This document shows, one piece after another, positions 16,743-26,271 of a stretch of DNA of 52,885 nucleotides. Below the pieces are notes generated by a model. That model saw only the letters and a program-made list of their open reading frames with translations. It ran no database searches and was not told the origin of the DNA. The DNA comes from a virus. Lineage: Duplodnaviria > Caudoviricetes. Position 1 is the first letter of the stretch. Each line of letters starts with the position of its first letter. The stretch lies in IMG/VR virus record IMGVR_UViG_3300037493_004106, positions 1-52,885 of that record, one strand, 5' to 3'. A program made the position numbers and the translations under genes.

Positions 16743-16966
16743 AAAAAACAATTTTAGCAATCGCGGTTGTAGCTTTAATTAGCTCCTGCAAAAAAGATGA
16801 ACCATGTAATTGTGGAATAATTCAATCAGATAATGCGCAAAACTACAGTGTAGTAATCAAGAATGAGTGTAGTGACAATAACAAAGAATTTGTTCTAAGT
16901 CAAGGTGACTGGATGAATGCTTATGTTGGTAGTAGATATTGTATAACAAATATAGATAAGTGGTAA
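16739..16966 (+). CDS. Cys-rich lipoprotein
   Basis: Signal peptide II with lipobox LISSC, followed by KKDE. Confidence 0.75.
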   Translation: MKKTILAIAVVALISSCKKDEPCNCGIIQSDNAQNYSVVIKNECSDNNKEFVLSQGDWMNAYVGSRYCITNIDKW

Positions 16967-16992
16967 TATAAATAATACAAATAACAAATAAT

Positions 16993-17274
16993 ATGAAACT
17001 ACTAGGTAAAAGAGTACTGGTAAAGAAACCAGCAAGAAAAGAATCAAAGATTGAATTAAGTGAAGTAGATAAAGCTTCTATTGATGCAGATCTAATGAAA
17101 AGTTATACTGCGCTTGAAGTTACACATGTTGGTGATGAAGTTACCAATGTTGTAGTAGGTGATCGCGTATATATTGGTACATCATTAGAACGCGCTGAAG
17201 TAATCCAAATAGAGAATGATTATTTCTTTATGGTAGCTGATAGAGACATATCAATAATCTGGAAAAAAGATTAA
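16993..17274 (+). CDS. groES: Co-chaperonin GroES-like protein
   Basis: MKLLGKRVLVK...VGDEV..VVVGDRV...DI; 93 aa. Confidence 0.85.
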   Translation: MKLLGKRVLVKKPARKESKIELSEVDKASIDADLMKSYTALEVTHVGDEVTNVVVGDRVYIGTSLERAEVIQIENDYFFMVADRDISIIWKKD

Positions 17275-17276
17275 TC

Positions 17277-17528
17277 ATGAAAGTTAATCTTAAAGATATA
17301 TGTAAAGACAAGGAGATGCTTAAGTATCTCCAGTCTATACTTAGAGATCAACCAGTAACTAAAGGATTTGCTACTAAGCTTGAGAAGGTAATACGCCTTT
17401 ATGAAGAAATAGAAGTGGATCTAGAGATGTGTGGTGAATCTATTGTAGAAATAGATATGCCAAGATTAGATGCTATTGAGGAGCGTAACAAGATGCTAGG
17501 TTTCCTTAATAATGCTGATGATATATAA
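17277..17528 (+). CDS. Hypothetical protein
   Basis: 83-aa ORF. Confidence 0.7.
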   Translation: MKVNLKDICKDKEMLKYLQSILRDQPVTKGFATKLEKVIRLYEEIEVDLEMCGESIVEIDMPRLDAIEERNKMLGFLNNADDI

Positions 17529-17549
17529 TTAATAAAATTATAATAAAAA

Positions 17550-17684
17550 ATGGAAAATATTACAACAGAAAACAGACCTTTAGTAGGTGGTATGCAGATT
17601 TTTAAGAAAACTGCAGAAGAGAAAGCTGAAATTAAAAAGATGAAAGCTCTCTACAAAAAAGAACAGTCTAAACATAAAAAGTAA
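17550..17684 (+). CDS. Small basic protein (44 aa, not in track)
   Basis: MENITTENRPLVGGMQIFKK...; A-rich leader. Confidence 0.55.
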   Translation: MENITTENRPLVGGMQIFKKTAEEKAEIKKMKALYKKEQSKHKK

Positions 17685-17687
17685 ATT

Positions 17688-17972
17688 ATGTCTACAGAAT
17701 TAGATATAGAAGCTCAAATAGATGAAGCTATAAAAGAGCTTATTGAACCTACAAAAAGCATCATATTATATAATGATAATCATAATACATTTGAGCATGT
17801 GATTAAATACTTAATTAGGTATTGCGAACACAATCATGAACAAGCTGAGCAATGTGCTACTGTAGTTCATTTTAATGGTAAATGTGATGTTAAAAGAGGA
17901 TCAGAAATTAAATTAAAGCCTATTTATGAAGCTTTATTAGATAAAGGATTAAAAGTAAAAATTGAAGAATAA
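17688..17972 (+). CDS. clpS: ClpS N-degron adaptor
   Basis: IILYNDNHNTFEHVI...EQAEQCATVVHFNGKC. Confidence 0.9.
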   Translation: MSTELDIEAQIDEAIKELIEPTKSIILYNDNHNTFEHVIKYLIRYCEHNHEQAEQCATVVHFNGKCDVKRGSEIKLKPIYEALLDKGLKVKIEE

Positions 17973-18424
17973 TGAAAATTATAGAAAACTTTGTTGATCA
18001 AAATTTTGAAAATGAAATTCTCAAAATGATCCCAGAAAAAATAAGTAATACTAAAGATAGAAATCAAGTAATAAGATATGGTACAAGGAGACCTTATCCA
18101 TCTGATATTAAATCTGACATTATTCCTGATCTGTTCCTATCTATAAAAGATATTAAATTTGATTCTGTTACTATAAATGAATATAAAGCAGGACAAAAAA
18201 TAGATTGGCATATTGATAGGGTAGATGCTGGTAATGATATTTATATAATTAGCTTATTAAGTACTGCTGTTTTAAAGTTTAGAAAAGATAATGAAGTAAA
18301 GGAGTTTCCTTTACCTAGATACTCTTTAGCAATAATGTCTGATGAGCTTAGATATGAATGGGAACATGGTTTATTTGCACCTCTTGATAGAATTTCTGTA
18401 GTATTTAGAAATTCAAATAAGTAA
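17972..18424 (+). CDS. alkB: AlkB-family 2OG-Fe(II) dioxygenase
   Basis: INEY..GQ.IDWHID...RYEWEHG...RISVVFR. Confidence 0.88.
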   Translation: MKIIENFVDQNFENEILKMIPEKISNTKDRNQVIRYGTRRPYPSDIKSDIIPDLFLSIKDIKFDSVTINEYKAGQKIDWHIDRVDAGNDIYIISLLSTAVLKFRKDNEVKEFPLPRYSLAIMSDELRYEWEHGLFAPLDRISVVFRNSNK

Positions 18425-18425
18425 T

Positions 18426-18830
18426 ATGGAAAAACATAACATCTTTCATGGACAATTTATTTGTGACAATGCAGGGAATATTGTTCCAGCTAACAAAAGC
18501 ACTGCTGAAAAATATAATCTTTTTAAGAAAGGCATAGAGAAGAATCAAAAGATTGATGTATTTATGGAAACTAATGAAGATAATGGTACTGTTCCACAAA
18601 TAGCAAAAATACATGTTTGTATAAGAGAATTATCTCTATATACTGGTTATACTTTTGAGGAAATGAAAAAAATAGTTAAAGAAAAGTCAGGTCTATGTTT
18701 TACTATAACAGAAAATGATCAAGAGAAAGAATTTTGCAAATCATTTGGTGATTGTAGTAAAGAAGAATTAGCCCTGGCGATAGAAACTATTATTCAAATA
18801 GGAGATGAAACTGGTATTAACTTTCGCTAG
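18426..18830 (+). CDS. NinB/Orf-like phage protein
   Basis: Q.AKIH..IRELS..TGYTFEEMK...SFGDCSKEEL...IE pattern. Confidence 0.55.
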   Translation: MEKHNIFHGQFICDNAGNIVPANKSTAEKYNLFKKGIEKNQKIDVFMETNEDNGTVPQIAKIHVCIRELSLYTGYTFEEMKKIVKEKSGLCFTITENDQEKEFCKSFGDCSKEELALAIETIIQIGDETGINFR

Positions 18831-19128
18831 GCTTCTGGAACTTTCCCTTTTCATCAACTTCAACTTCCATATCCTTAAGAATACCTTGCTTTTTTGATTC
18901 GCTTTCAATTTCATGAATTAGTACTAAAAGAGTCAGTAAATGATATTCATATTCATTCTCTGGCTCTTTGGTTTTTATTTTTTCTATTATCTCATTTACT
19001 TCTTCAGGAGTCTTCTGAGATAAATGATAAACTGCAAGTTCTTGCAATCTAGCAGTAAATCCACCACTTACTTCTATCTTTATGATAGAATCAAATGGAA
19101 TTCCTTTAAATTTTAATTTTTTATTCAT
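18817..19128 (-). CDS. Hypothetical protein, antisense to the surrounding operon
   Basis: Fills the + strand gap exactly; has its own promoter. Confidence 0.8.
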   Translation of the reverse strand: MNKKLKFKGIPFDSIIKIEVSGGFTARLQELAVYHLSQKTPEEVNEIIEKIKTKEPENEYEYHLLTLLVLIHEIESESKKQGILKDMEVEVDEKGKFQKPSES

Positions 19129-19132
19129 GACA

Positions 19133-19163
19133 CAAATTTAATAAATTTATTTATAATGGCAAA
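19133..19163 (-). promoter_or_regulatory. Bacteroidota-type promoter
   Basis: On - strand TTTG (19163-19160)-N19-TAAATTTG (19140-19133), just upstream of ATG 19128. Confidence 0.7.
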
Positions 19164-19866
19164 CATTGATATTGAAGAGATTAAACTTAAACTATATGAT
19201 AAGATTAAAGACTCTGGATGGGGATTTAAACTAAAATCATTTATACTTTCTGATGAATTTAGTAGAATATTAACTACTTTAAGAGATCAAAGTGATGAAG
19301 GTAAAAAGTTTGTCCCACAAATTAAATATTTGTTTAGAGCATTTGAGGAATGTCCTTATGATAAACTTAAAGTTATAATGATTGGACAAGATCCCTACCC
19401 TTATGTTAATGTACCTGATGGTATTGCTTTTTCATGTTCTTTAAAAGGAACACCTGAAGCATCATTAAGCTTTATGTTTAAGGAGATAAATGATACAGTA
19501 TATAAAGATCCTACAAGGGTTCATAATGCTGACCTAGCTAGATGGTCTAATCAAGGGATGCTTATGCTAAATGTAGCATTAACAACAACATTTAATAAAG
19601 TAGGTGAACACTATGAGCTATGGAAACCATTTATAAGTTTCTTATTAGATATGATTGTTGCAGATAAGAAATCAATGGTATATGTATTTCTTGGTAAGAA
19701 GGCTAAAGAATGGGAAGATATGATACCAGATGATAATATAAAAATTAAATGTAATCACCCGGCATATGCAGCACATCTAAAAGAAAAAAGTTGGAACTCT
19801 TATGATATGTTTAATAAAGTAAATGAAAGCTTAAGAGAACTAGGAAAAGATGAAATTGTGTGGTAA
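19156..19866 (+). CDS. ung: Uracil-DNA glycosylase (family 1)
   Basis: GQDPY, GIAFS, W..QG.L.LN..LT, HP. Confidence 0.95.
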   Translation: MANIDIEEIKLKLYDKIKDSGWGFKLKSFILSDEFSRILTTLRDQSDEGKKFVPQIKYLFRAFEECPYDKLKVIMIGQDPYPYVNVPDGIAFSCSLKGTPEASLSFMFKEINDTVYKDPTRVHNADLARWSNQGMLMLNVALTTTFNKVGEHYELWKPFISFLLDMIVADKKSMVYVFLGKKAKEWEDMIPDDNIKIKCNHPAYAAHLKEKSWNSYDMFNKVNESLRELGKDEIVW

Positions 19867-20274
19867 TTACAGTAGTAATATAATAATTATTATAGTTAAT
19901 GCGCTACCAGTAGCAATCCATCCTGTCTTAAATATATCACGCATCTTCTGCAGTCTACTTACATCATCTTTTAATGTTTTAATATCTGCTTCTCTATTGG
20001 TAATAAGGGTATCTTTATACAAGACTTGCTTATTCAGATTATCAATTTGAATTTGTTTTTCATCTATAACCTGGTTTCTATTATTGATTTTAGCTTTAGC
20101 ATTTTCTAACAAGGTATCACATGCTTGACATTCTGTTATTAATGAAGCAATTTTTCTAAGCTCTGATAAGCCATAACACTTAATTGTATCTTGGCTTGAA
20201 GTTAAGGGCTGAGCGAATGATACTGTCCAATTGATCAGGAGTAGCATCAGAAACAATAAATTCAATTTTTTCAC
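19867..20274 (-). CDS. Exported coiled-coil protein with C-terminal TM (spanin-like candidate)
   Basis: Signal peptide (..SFA|Q), long coiled coil, C-terminal IATGSALTIIIIILLL; overlaps its partner in another frame. Confidence 0.65.
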   Translation of the reverse strand: MKKLNLLFLMLLLINWTVSFAQPLTSSQDTIKCYGLSELRKIASLITECQACDTLLENAKAKINNRNQVIDEKQIQIDNLNKQVLYKDTLITNREADIKTLKDDVSRLQKMRDIFKTGWIATGSALTIIIIILLL

Positions 20275-20512
20275 GGGTTCTGGTAATTATTTGTGGTTCA
20301 ATAGATTCTAAACTATCATATGCTTTAATCAATTTTTGCTCATTTTCTTGACTAATTTTGAGTCTAGAATTTAATGCACTTATAGAATCCTTTAAATATT
20401 TATCATTATCACTTTGTAAGGTGGTTACAGAACTATCTTTAGTTAGAATCATTAACAAATTTATGATAATTATTAGGGTTAGAATAGATATTATTACTTG
20501 ATGGACTTTCAT
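20180..20512 (-). CDS. N-terminal TM coiled-coil protein (i-spanin-like candidate)
   Basis: Likely start 20512 (MKVHQVIISILTLIIIINLL); TATTTTTG -7 box at 20524-20517. Confidence 0.65.
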   Translation of the reverse strand: MKVHQVIISILTLIIIINLLMILTKDSSVTTLQSDNDKYLKDSISALNSRLKISQENEQKLIKAYDSLESIEPQIITRTREKIEFIVSDATPDQLDSIIRSALNFKPRYN

Positions 20513-20531
20513 TTTACAAAAATACAAAAAT

Positions 20532-21146
20532 ATGGATATAAAAAAAAGACTGGCTTTAATGGAGATGTATGATATACAAATAAGAGCAAAGATAAGTCCT
20601 AATGAATTTTATTTATTATGTGCTATGCATCAGTGTATATCAACACCAAACTTAAATGTACACGCAGAACTTAGAAATTTAATGGACAAAGGCTTTGTTG
20701 CTGAAAATAATGTCCTTACACAAAAATCCTTATCATTAATTGATGAGATAGAAGGATACTTTAATGTAAAAAAGATAAAGGCTAAGAAAGAACTCATGGG
20801 TGATGACCCTAGAAAGATGATGCAAAAGTATATTGAAATGTGGCCAAAAGGTAAATTACCTACAGGTGCTGTATCAAGAGTAACTATAGAAAATATTGAA
20901 CCTCACTTTATGTGGTTCTTTAAAACATATAGATATGATTGGGATACAATACTAAAAGCAGCAGAAAGATATACAAATGAGAAAGAAAGAGAAGATTGGA
21001 AGTATTGTAAAAACTCTCAGTATTTTATTAGGAAACAAAGCCAAGACAAAACATATGTTTCTGACTTAGCTAATTATTGTGAAATAATACTATCTGGAGA
21101 TACTGATAATACAGAGCCAAGATATACAGAAAAAATATTTACATGA
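20532..21146 (+). CDS. Putative replication initiator / helicase-loader-like protein
   Basis: wHTH-like N-terminus (LRNLMDKGFV...LTQKS); near-upstream of DnaB; function inferred. Confidence 0.5.
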   Translation: MDIKKRLALMEMYDIQIRAKISPNEFYLLCAMHQCISTPNLNVHAELRNLMDKGFVAENNVLTQKSLSLIDEIEGYFNVKKIKAKKELMGDDPRKMMQKYIEMWPKGKLPTGAVSRVTIENIEPHFMWFFKTYRYDWDTILKAAERYTNEKEREDWKYCKNSQYFIRKQSQDKTYVSDLANYCEIILSGDTDNTEPRYTEKIFT

Positions 21147-21328
21147 ACCTATTAAATTCACTTTCATTATCAATTTTATTTACTCTAGTAGGTTATTATT
21201 TTACAAATAATTTCATATTAAAAATACACATAATTCAATACATTTTTATTGAAATACAGTTTGCAATTAACTTTTTTATTTTTACTTTTATTATGATGAA
21301 GATCCATAATCGCAAGGAAGATCAATAA
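21143..21328 (+). CDS. Small two-TM membrane protein
   Basis: Two hydrophobic segments; ATGA coupling. Confidence 0.65.
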   Translation: MNLLNSLSLSILFTLVGYYFTNNFILKIHIIQYIFIEIQFAINFFIFTFIMMKIHNRKEDQ

Positions 21329-21338
21329 TCAAAAACTT

Positions 21339-22322
21339 ATGCTAGAAAATAATATTTGGAGATCCGAGAAAAAAGGATTTGAGGAAGCTGTTGCTTATAT
21401 TAAAGGTAGATCTGAAGGTGTAATTCATAGTATGAAGACACCATGGAATAGTTTTAATAATGCAACTGTTGATGGATTAGAATGGCACTCATTGACTGTA
21501 GTAGCAGGTAGACCAGCAAGTGGTAAAACAGCTATAATACAACAATTGATTAGAGAAGCTTATCCATTAAATGTGGGGCAAACAATAAGAGTTCTTTGTT
21601 TTAATTTTGAGATGCCACAAAGAACTATGGCAATACGAGAATTCTCATCAGTAACTGATAATTCATATAGAGAATTATGTAGTGCAGGTGGATTCAAGGT
21701 TACTGAAAATATAATTGACAAGATCTTGCTTTATAAAGATCAAAGAATAAAATATCCTATTGATATTGTTGATGAGCCAATGACTATAGAACAATTTAAA
21801 ATTGTTGTCTATAAATATATGGATGCTCATAAAAAAGAAAATGGTAAGTATACCAATACTCTTATAACAGTAGATCATAGTATTTTATTTAAACTTGATA
21901 AAGGAGAGAATGACAAAACAAAAATGCTTTATAATTTAGGAGAAGCTCTTACACATTTGAAGAAAAGATTTCCCATTGCATTTGTAGTGCTTAGTCAGCT
22001 CAATAGAGAAGCTGAAGATCCTATGAGGAATGAAGATGGTAAATATGGAAACTATGTATTAGAAACAGACATATTTGGTGGTGATGCTTTGCTTCAACAC
22101 ACGGATACTCTTATAGGTATAAAGAGACCACTAAAATATAATATCAAATTTTATGGTCCAGAAAAGTTTATTATCACTGATAAAGATTTAATAGCATTTC
22201 ATTTTCTAAAAGCTAGAAATGGTGAAACAGGTATTGCATGGTTTAAGGGTATATTCTCTTCTATGAAAGTAATAGAAACAGAAACACCTCCTAAGCAGAT
22301 GAAAAGAATATCAACAATATAA
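21339..22322 (+). CDS. dnaB: DnaB-like replicative helicase (C-terminal ATPase domain only)
   Basis: AGRPASGKT, FEMP, VDH, LSQLNR, KARNG. Confidence 0.92.
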   Translation: MLENNIWRSEKKGFEEAVAYIKGRSEGVIHSMKTPWNSFNNATVDGLEWHSLTVVAGRPASGKTAIIQQLIREAYPLNVGQTIRVLCFNFEMPQRTMAIREFSSVTDNSYRELCSAGGFKVTENIIDKILLYKDQRIKYPIDIVDEPMTIEQFKIVVYKYMDAHKKENGKYTNTLITVDHSILFKLDKGENDKTKMLYNLGEALTHLKKRFPIAFVVLSQLNREAEDPMRNEDGKYGNYVLETDIFGGDALLQHTDTLIGIKRPLKYNIKFYGPEKFIITDKDLIAFHFLKARNGETGIAWFKGIFSSMKVIETETPPKQMKRISTI

Positions 22323-22327
22323 TAAAT

Positions 22328-22861
22328 ATGAGTATAAGAACAGTCAATTTAGAAAAAAACATGATGAACAGAAAAGACAATTTAAAAGCTCTGCGAGAGC
22401 ACCATCAACCTTATTTTGATAGCATTGGTGAACCAGAAGCTTATTTCACTGGCAAAGTATCATTTATACCCAAAGGTAAAACTGAGTATTTTGTTGGCTT
22501 ATTTTTTAATGAGATAAATAAAAGAGATGATGTATATATAGAATTAGCATCACAGGATTTCTTAGTAGAAGATCCACAAAGAAAATTATATGTATATAAA
22601 CATAATGAATTTTTTTCTTCCGAGTATGAATTATCTATGCCAGGAGCAAATGGTGTGCAAAGATATTTAGTACCAGTCAATGAGTTATATGCAGTAGATA
22701 GAACTATTAATAAGAAAACACAAGTAAAACTTGATTTAGGAATTGAGGATCCGGAGTATGATACTCCACTTGAATCTGTAACATTAAGAGATCTTGCTGC
22801 TATTTTATTAAAGAAACCCGTGAGTTATAAGAAATGGCTAAATGATTTAATAACAAAATAA
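22328..22861 (+). CDS. Hypothetical replication-region protein
   Basis: 177-aa ORF ending TLRDLAAILLKKPVS.KKWLNDLI. Confidence 0.75.
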   Translation: MSIRTVNLEKNMMNRKDNLKALREHHQPYFDSIGEPEAYFTGKVSFIPKGKTEYFVGLFFNEINKRDDVYIELASQDFLVEDPQRKLYVYKHNEFFSSEYELSMPGANGVQRYLVPVNELYAVDRTINKKTQVKLDLGIEDPEYDTPLESVTLRDLAAILLKKPVSYKKWLNDLITK

Positions 22862-22862
22862 A

Positions 22863-23669
22863 ATGAGTAAAGAACAAAAACCAGAAGAAGAAAAGAGAAA
22901 GTTTGTACTTCCTAAAGCTCCTGTAAAAGCAGCTTATCAAAGTCCAAAAAACTTAATTATCTTTTCAAAACCTAAAGCAGGTAAAACAACATCTTTAATT
23001 AAATTGAAAAATTGCCTTATTCTAGATTTAGAAGATGGTACTGATAGATTTGATGCAATGAAAATTAAAGCAGAATCAGTTGAGGATATAAAAGAAATTG
23101 GTGAAGAAATTAAAAAAGCCAATTATCCCTATGATTATATTGCTGTAGATACTATTACTGCTTTAGAAGAAATGTGTGTATCCTATGCAGAAAAGATTTA
23201 TTGTAAAACCAGCATGGGTAAAAATTGGTTTAAGAAAACAGATGATGGTAAATCACTAGCAGCTGATTCTGGTAAAGCAATATATAATAGCATATTGAAT
23301 ATGCCAAATGGTGCTGGTTATCCATATTTGCGAGAAGCATTTACAAAAGTAATTGAGTATATTAAAACACTGGCTCCCAGAATTATACTTGTAGGTCACA
23401 TAAAAGATATTCTTTTAGATAAGAATGGAACTGAATTTAATTCCTTAGATTTGGACTTAACAGGGAAACTCAAAAGAATTACTACTTCACAATCTGATGC
23501 TATAGGTTATCTTTATAGAAAAGGTAATCAGAGCATTCTTAGCTTCAGAACTACTGATGAAGTATCATGCGGAGCTAGACCTGAACATTTAAGAAATAAA
23601 GAAATTGTTATTTCTGAAATGACAGATGAAGGCTTAATAACTCATTGGGATAAAATTTATATTGATTAA
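22863..23669 (+). CDS. AAA_24 / Sak4-like ATPase
   Basis: SKPKAGKT, LDLEDG, AVDTIT, ILVGH. Confidence 0.85.
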   Translation: MSKEQKPEEEKRKFVLPKAPVKAAYQSPKNLIIFSKPKAGKTTSLIKLKNCLILDLEDGTDRFDAMKIKAESVEDIKEIGEEIKKANYPYDYIAVDTITALEEMCVSYAEKIYCKTSMGKNWFKKTDDGKSLAADSGKAIYNSILNMPNGAGYPYLREAFTKVIEYIKTLAPRIILVGHIKDILLDKNGTEFNSLDLDLTGKLKRITTSQSDAIGYLYRKGNQSILSFRTTDEVSCGARPEHLRNKEIVISEMTDEGLITHWDKIYID

Positions 23670-23688
23670 TAATTAAAAACAAAAACAA

Positions 23689-24363
23689 ATGATTAGTACA
23701 AAAAACATTAAGACAACAACTGAAGGTGGTTTACCTAAATTAATTCAACCAGGAAACATTAGTGCAAAGATTCTTGATTTGACTCTTGAACCATTTAAAT
23801 ATGTTCCTGAGAGTTATCATATTATTTTATCATTGGAAACAGAACCTATTGAAGGATTTGAAGGTTTTGCTATTGATAAAGATAATTTATCACTTGGTCA
23901 TCACAAAGGTCAGATTGGCAAAGTTAAAACTAATGAATATGCTTATGCTACAGCAACAACAAGAACTGGTGTAGAAATCAATAGAGATATTGAAATGCTT
24001 AAATTCCTTAAGAATTTATGTACTGCTCTTGGAAATAAAGCTTTAAAGTGGCTAGATGATCAAGATGGAAAACATAATACAATTGAAAGCTTATTTGAAC
24101 AATTTAATATTGATCAATTGTACAAAGATGTTTTCTTGAATTGGTGTGTTGCTGGTAAAGAATATACCAATAAGAATGGTTATAAAGCTTATGAACTTTT
24201 CTTACCAAGATTTGAAAAAGGTAAATCTCCTTTCAGTAATGAAGATAAAAAGCCTTATGAATTGATTGCTTTCTCTGAAACTACGCATATCAAAAGAAAA
24301 GAAAGTAAAGCAGTAGAATCATTTGGTAGTGATAATGATATTGATGATAGCTTTGTGCTTTAA
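23689..24363 (+). CDS. Putative ssDNA-binding / recombination partner protein
   Basis: Follows the Sak4-like ATPase; acidic tail DNDIDDSFVL. Confidence 0.6.
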   Translation: MISTKNIKTTTEGGLPKLIQPGNISAKILDLTLEPFKYVPESYHIILSLETEPIEGFEGFAIDKDNLSLGHHKGQIGKVKTNEYAYATATTRTGVEINRDIEMLKFLKNLCTALGNKALKWLDDQDGKHNTIESLFEQFNIDQLYKDVFLNWCVAGKEYTNKNGYKAYELFLPRFEKGKSPFSNEDKKPYELIAFSETTHIKRKESKAVESFGSDNDIDDSFVL

Positions 24364-24381
24364 TATTTCTTAGTAAAAATT

Positions 24382-24409
24382 AAAAGGGAGGAGTAATTCT
24401 CCCTTTTTT
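24382..24409 (+). terminator. Intrinsic terminator
   Basis: AAAAGGGAG...CTCCCTTTTTT. Confidence 0.75.
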
Positions 24410-24424
24410 ATTCTTTAATATTTT

Positions 24425-25408
24425 ATGATAAGTACTAAAAATATAACAACTTCATTTAATGATATCCCTCCAACATGGATATTTGAATTTTATTTGAATC
24501 TTTCTGAAAAACTCACTGGTCAGGATATTAAAATAAAATCAGTATTTAATGTCAATGATAAAACTCCAAGCATGTTTATTTATTTTAATAAAAGATTTAA
24601 TAAATATATGTTCAAGGACTTTTCTACAGATGAGGGTGGTAATGCTGTAGATTTAGTAAAAAAGGTATTAAATCTAGGAACATCTTCAGAAACTATATTC
24701 AGAATAATTAAAGATTATGATAAATGGGCTAGTCTTAATAGTTATCAAATTAAAGATTTTAAGATTCAGCATAAGTATAAAGTGACTGACTTAACTACAA
24801 GAGTTTGGAATAAAGATGATCAAACTTATTGGAGTGCATATGGCATTGATAGCAAATTATTAGATCATTATAATGTTAAACCATTAAGCAATTATACATT
24901 ATCAAAGCCAACAGATAATTTGAGCATTGAAAGATTAATAAATGGTCAAAGATTATATGGTTATTTTAGATCTGATGGTGTTCTTTACAAAATATACCAG
25001 CCTATGGTAACATCTTTAAAATTCTTAAAGATGCAGTTACATATTCAAGGTATAGATCAATTAACATATGATAAGCCTTATTTAATAATTTGTAGTTCAC
25101 TAAAAGATATAATGAGTTTTAATAAACTTAAAATAACAAATGCTGAAGCTATTGCTCCGGATAGTGAAAATACTTTAATTCCAGAAAAAGTAATAGAAAG
25201 CTTAAAGAGTAAATATAAATCTATATGTACTTTATTTGATAATGATGAAGCTGGTATTAAGGGAATGCAAAAATATAAAGACAGATATAATTTGCCTTAT
25301 GCTCATTTAAAAATGTCTAAAGATTTATCTGACTCTATAAAAGATCATGATATAAAAGAAGTAAGAAACAATTTAGTAGGAATACTAAGAAATACATTAA
25401 ATATATGA
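24425..25408 (+). CDS. DnaG-like primase (TOPRIM)
   Basis: DKTPSM...FKDFST..GG; SSLKD; FDNDEAG; KDLSD. Confidence 0.88.
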   Translation: MISTKNITTSFNDIPPTWIFEFYLNLSEKLTGQDIKIKSVFNVNDKTPSMFIYFNKRFNKYMFKDFSTDEGGNAVDLVKKVLNLGTSSETIFRIIKDYDKWASLNSYQIKDFKIQHKYKVTDLTTRVWNKDDQTYWSAYGIDSKLLDHYNVKPLSNYTLSKPTDNLSIERLINGQRLYGYFRSDGVLYKIYQPMVTSLKFLKMQLHIQGIDQLTYDKPYLIICSSLKDIMSFNKLKITNAEAIAPDSENTLIPEKVIESLKSKYKSICTLFDNDEAGIKGMQKYKDRYNLPYAHLKMSKDLSDSIKDHDIKEVRNNLVGILRNTLNI

Positions 25409-25908
25409 GTAAAGTATATGTAGGTGTAGATATAGGTAAACATGGAGCTATAGCTATTATGAGCGTAGATCAATCCATTACTTATTATCCAATGCCAAAA
25501 ATAAAAGATGAAATAGATTATACTGATCTAAGTCATTTATTAAAAGGATTCTCCAATATTGGAGCACATGTAGTATTTGAAAAGCTAGGAGTAATCTTTG
25601 GCTCTAGCAAGACAACAGCTTTTTCCATGGGTCACCAAGCAGGTGCTATAGAGATGGGCTGTATTGCACATGGTATATCCTTTACAAAAGTAAGAGCTGT
25701 AGATTGGCAAAAGCAAATGTTCCAGGGAGTAGAAACAATAACTAAAACTGGTAAGTCTAGTAGAGATACTAAAGCTATGGCTTTAATTGCAATCAAAAGA
25801 ATCTTTCCTGATCTCAAATTAACATTTGGAGATAGAGCTATTAAAGCTCATGATGGATTAGTAGATGCAGTGCTTATGGCTGAATATGCAAGAAGAAATA
25901 ATTTTTAA
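25405..25908 (+). CDS. RuvC-like Holliday junction resolvase
   Basis: VGVDIGKHGAI, VVFEK, WQK, HDGLVDAVLMA. Confidence 0.85.
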   Translation: MSKVYVGVDIGKHGAIAIMSVDQSITYYPMPKIKDEIDYTDLSHLLKGFSNIGAHVVFEKLGVIFGSSKTTAFSMGHQAGAIEMGCIAHGISFTKVRAVDWQKQMFQGVETITKTGKSSRDTKAMALIAIKRIFPDLKLTFGDRAIKAHDGLVDAVLMAEYARRNNF

Positions 25909-25910
25909 TT

Positions 25911-26270
25911 ATGAAAAAAGAAACAATTTTAGGACTTAAGAATTTAAATGTAGATTTATTAGTATTACACTACTCAGGTGGTGGAGATTCAGGAGCTATT
26001 GATGATGTTGTATACTATAAAAAAATTAAAAATGGTAATTCAAATGATTTAGAAAATTTTGAAGAAATGATTATAAAATTTGATTCTAAAGCCATAGAAG
26101 ATTTTGCTTACCCTATATTAAACGATATAGAAGATTGGTGGAATAATGAAGGTGGTAATGGAAAAATGTTTATTGATTTAGAATCTTTAGAATATAAAAT
26201 AGAAAATGAAATTAGAGTTTATGATTATGAAAAATATCATCATGATAATTCTTTTGAAATAACAGAGTAA
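25911..26270 (+). CDS. Acidic protein (DUF6878-like)
   Basis: YSGGGDSGAID...DWWNNEGGNG. Confidence 0.7.
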   Translation: MKKETILGLKNLNVDLLVLHYSGGGDSGAIDDVVYYKKIKNGNSNDLENFEEMIIKFDSKAIEDFAYPILNDIEDWWNNEGGNGKMFIDLESLEYKIENEIRVYDYEKYHHDNSFEITE

Positions 26271-26271
26271 T

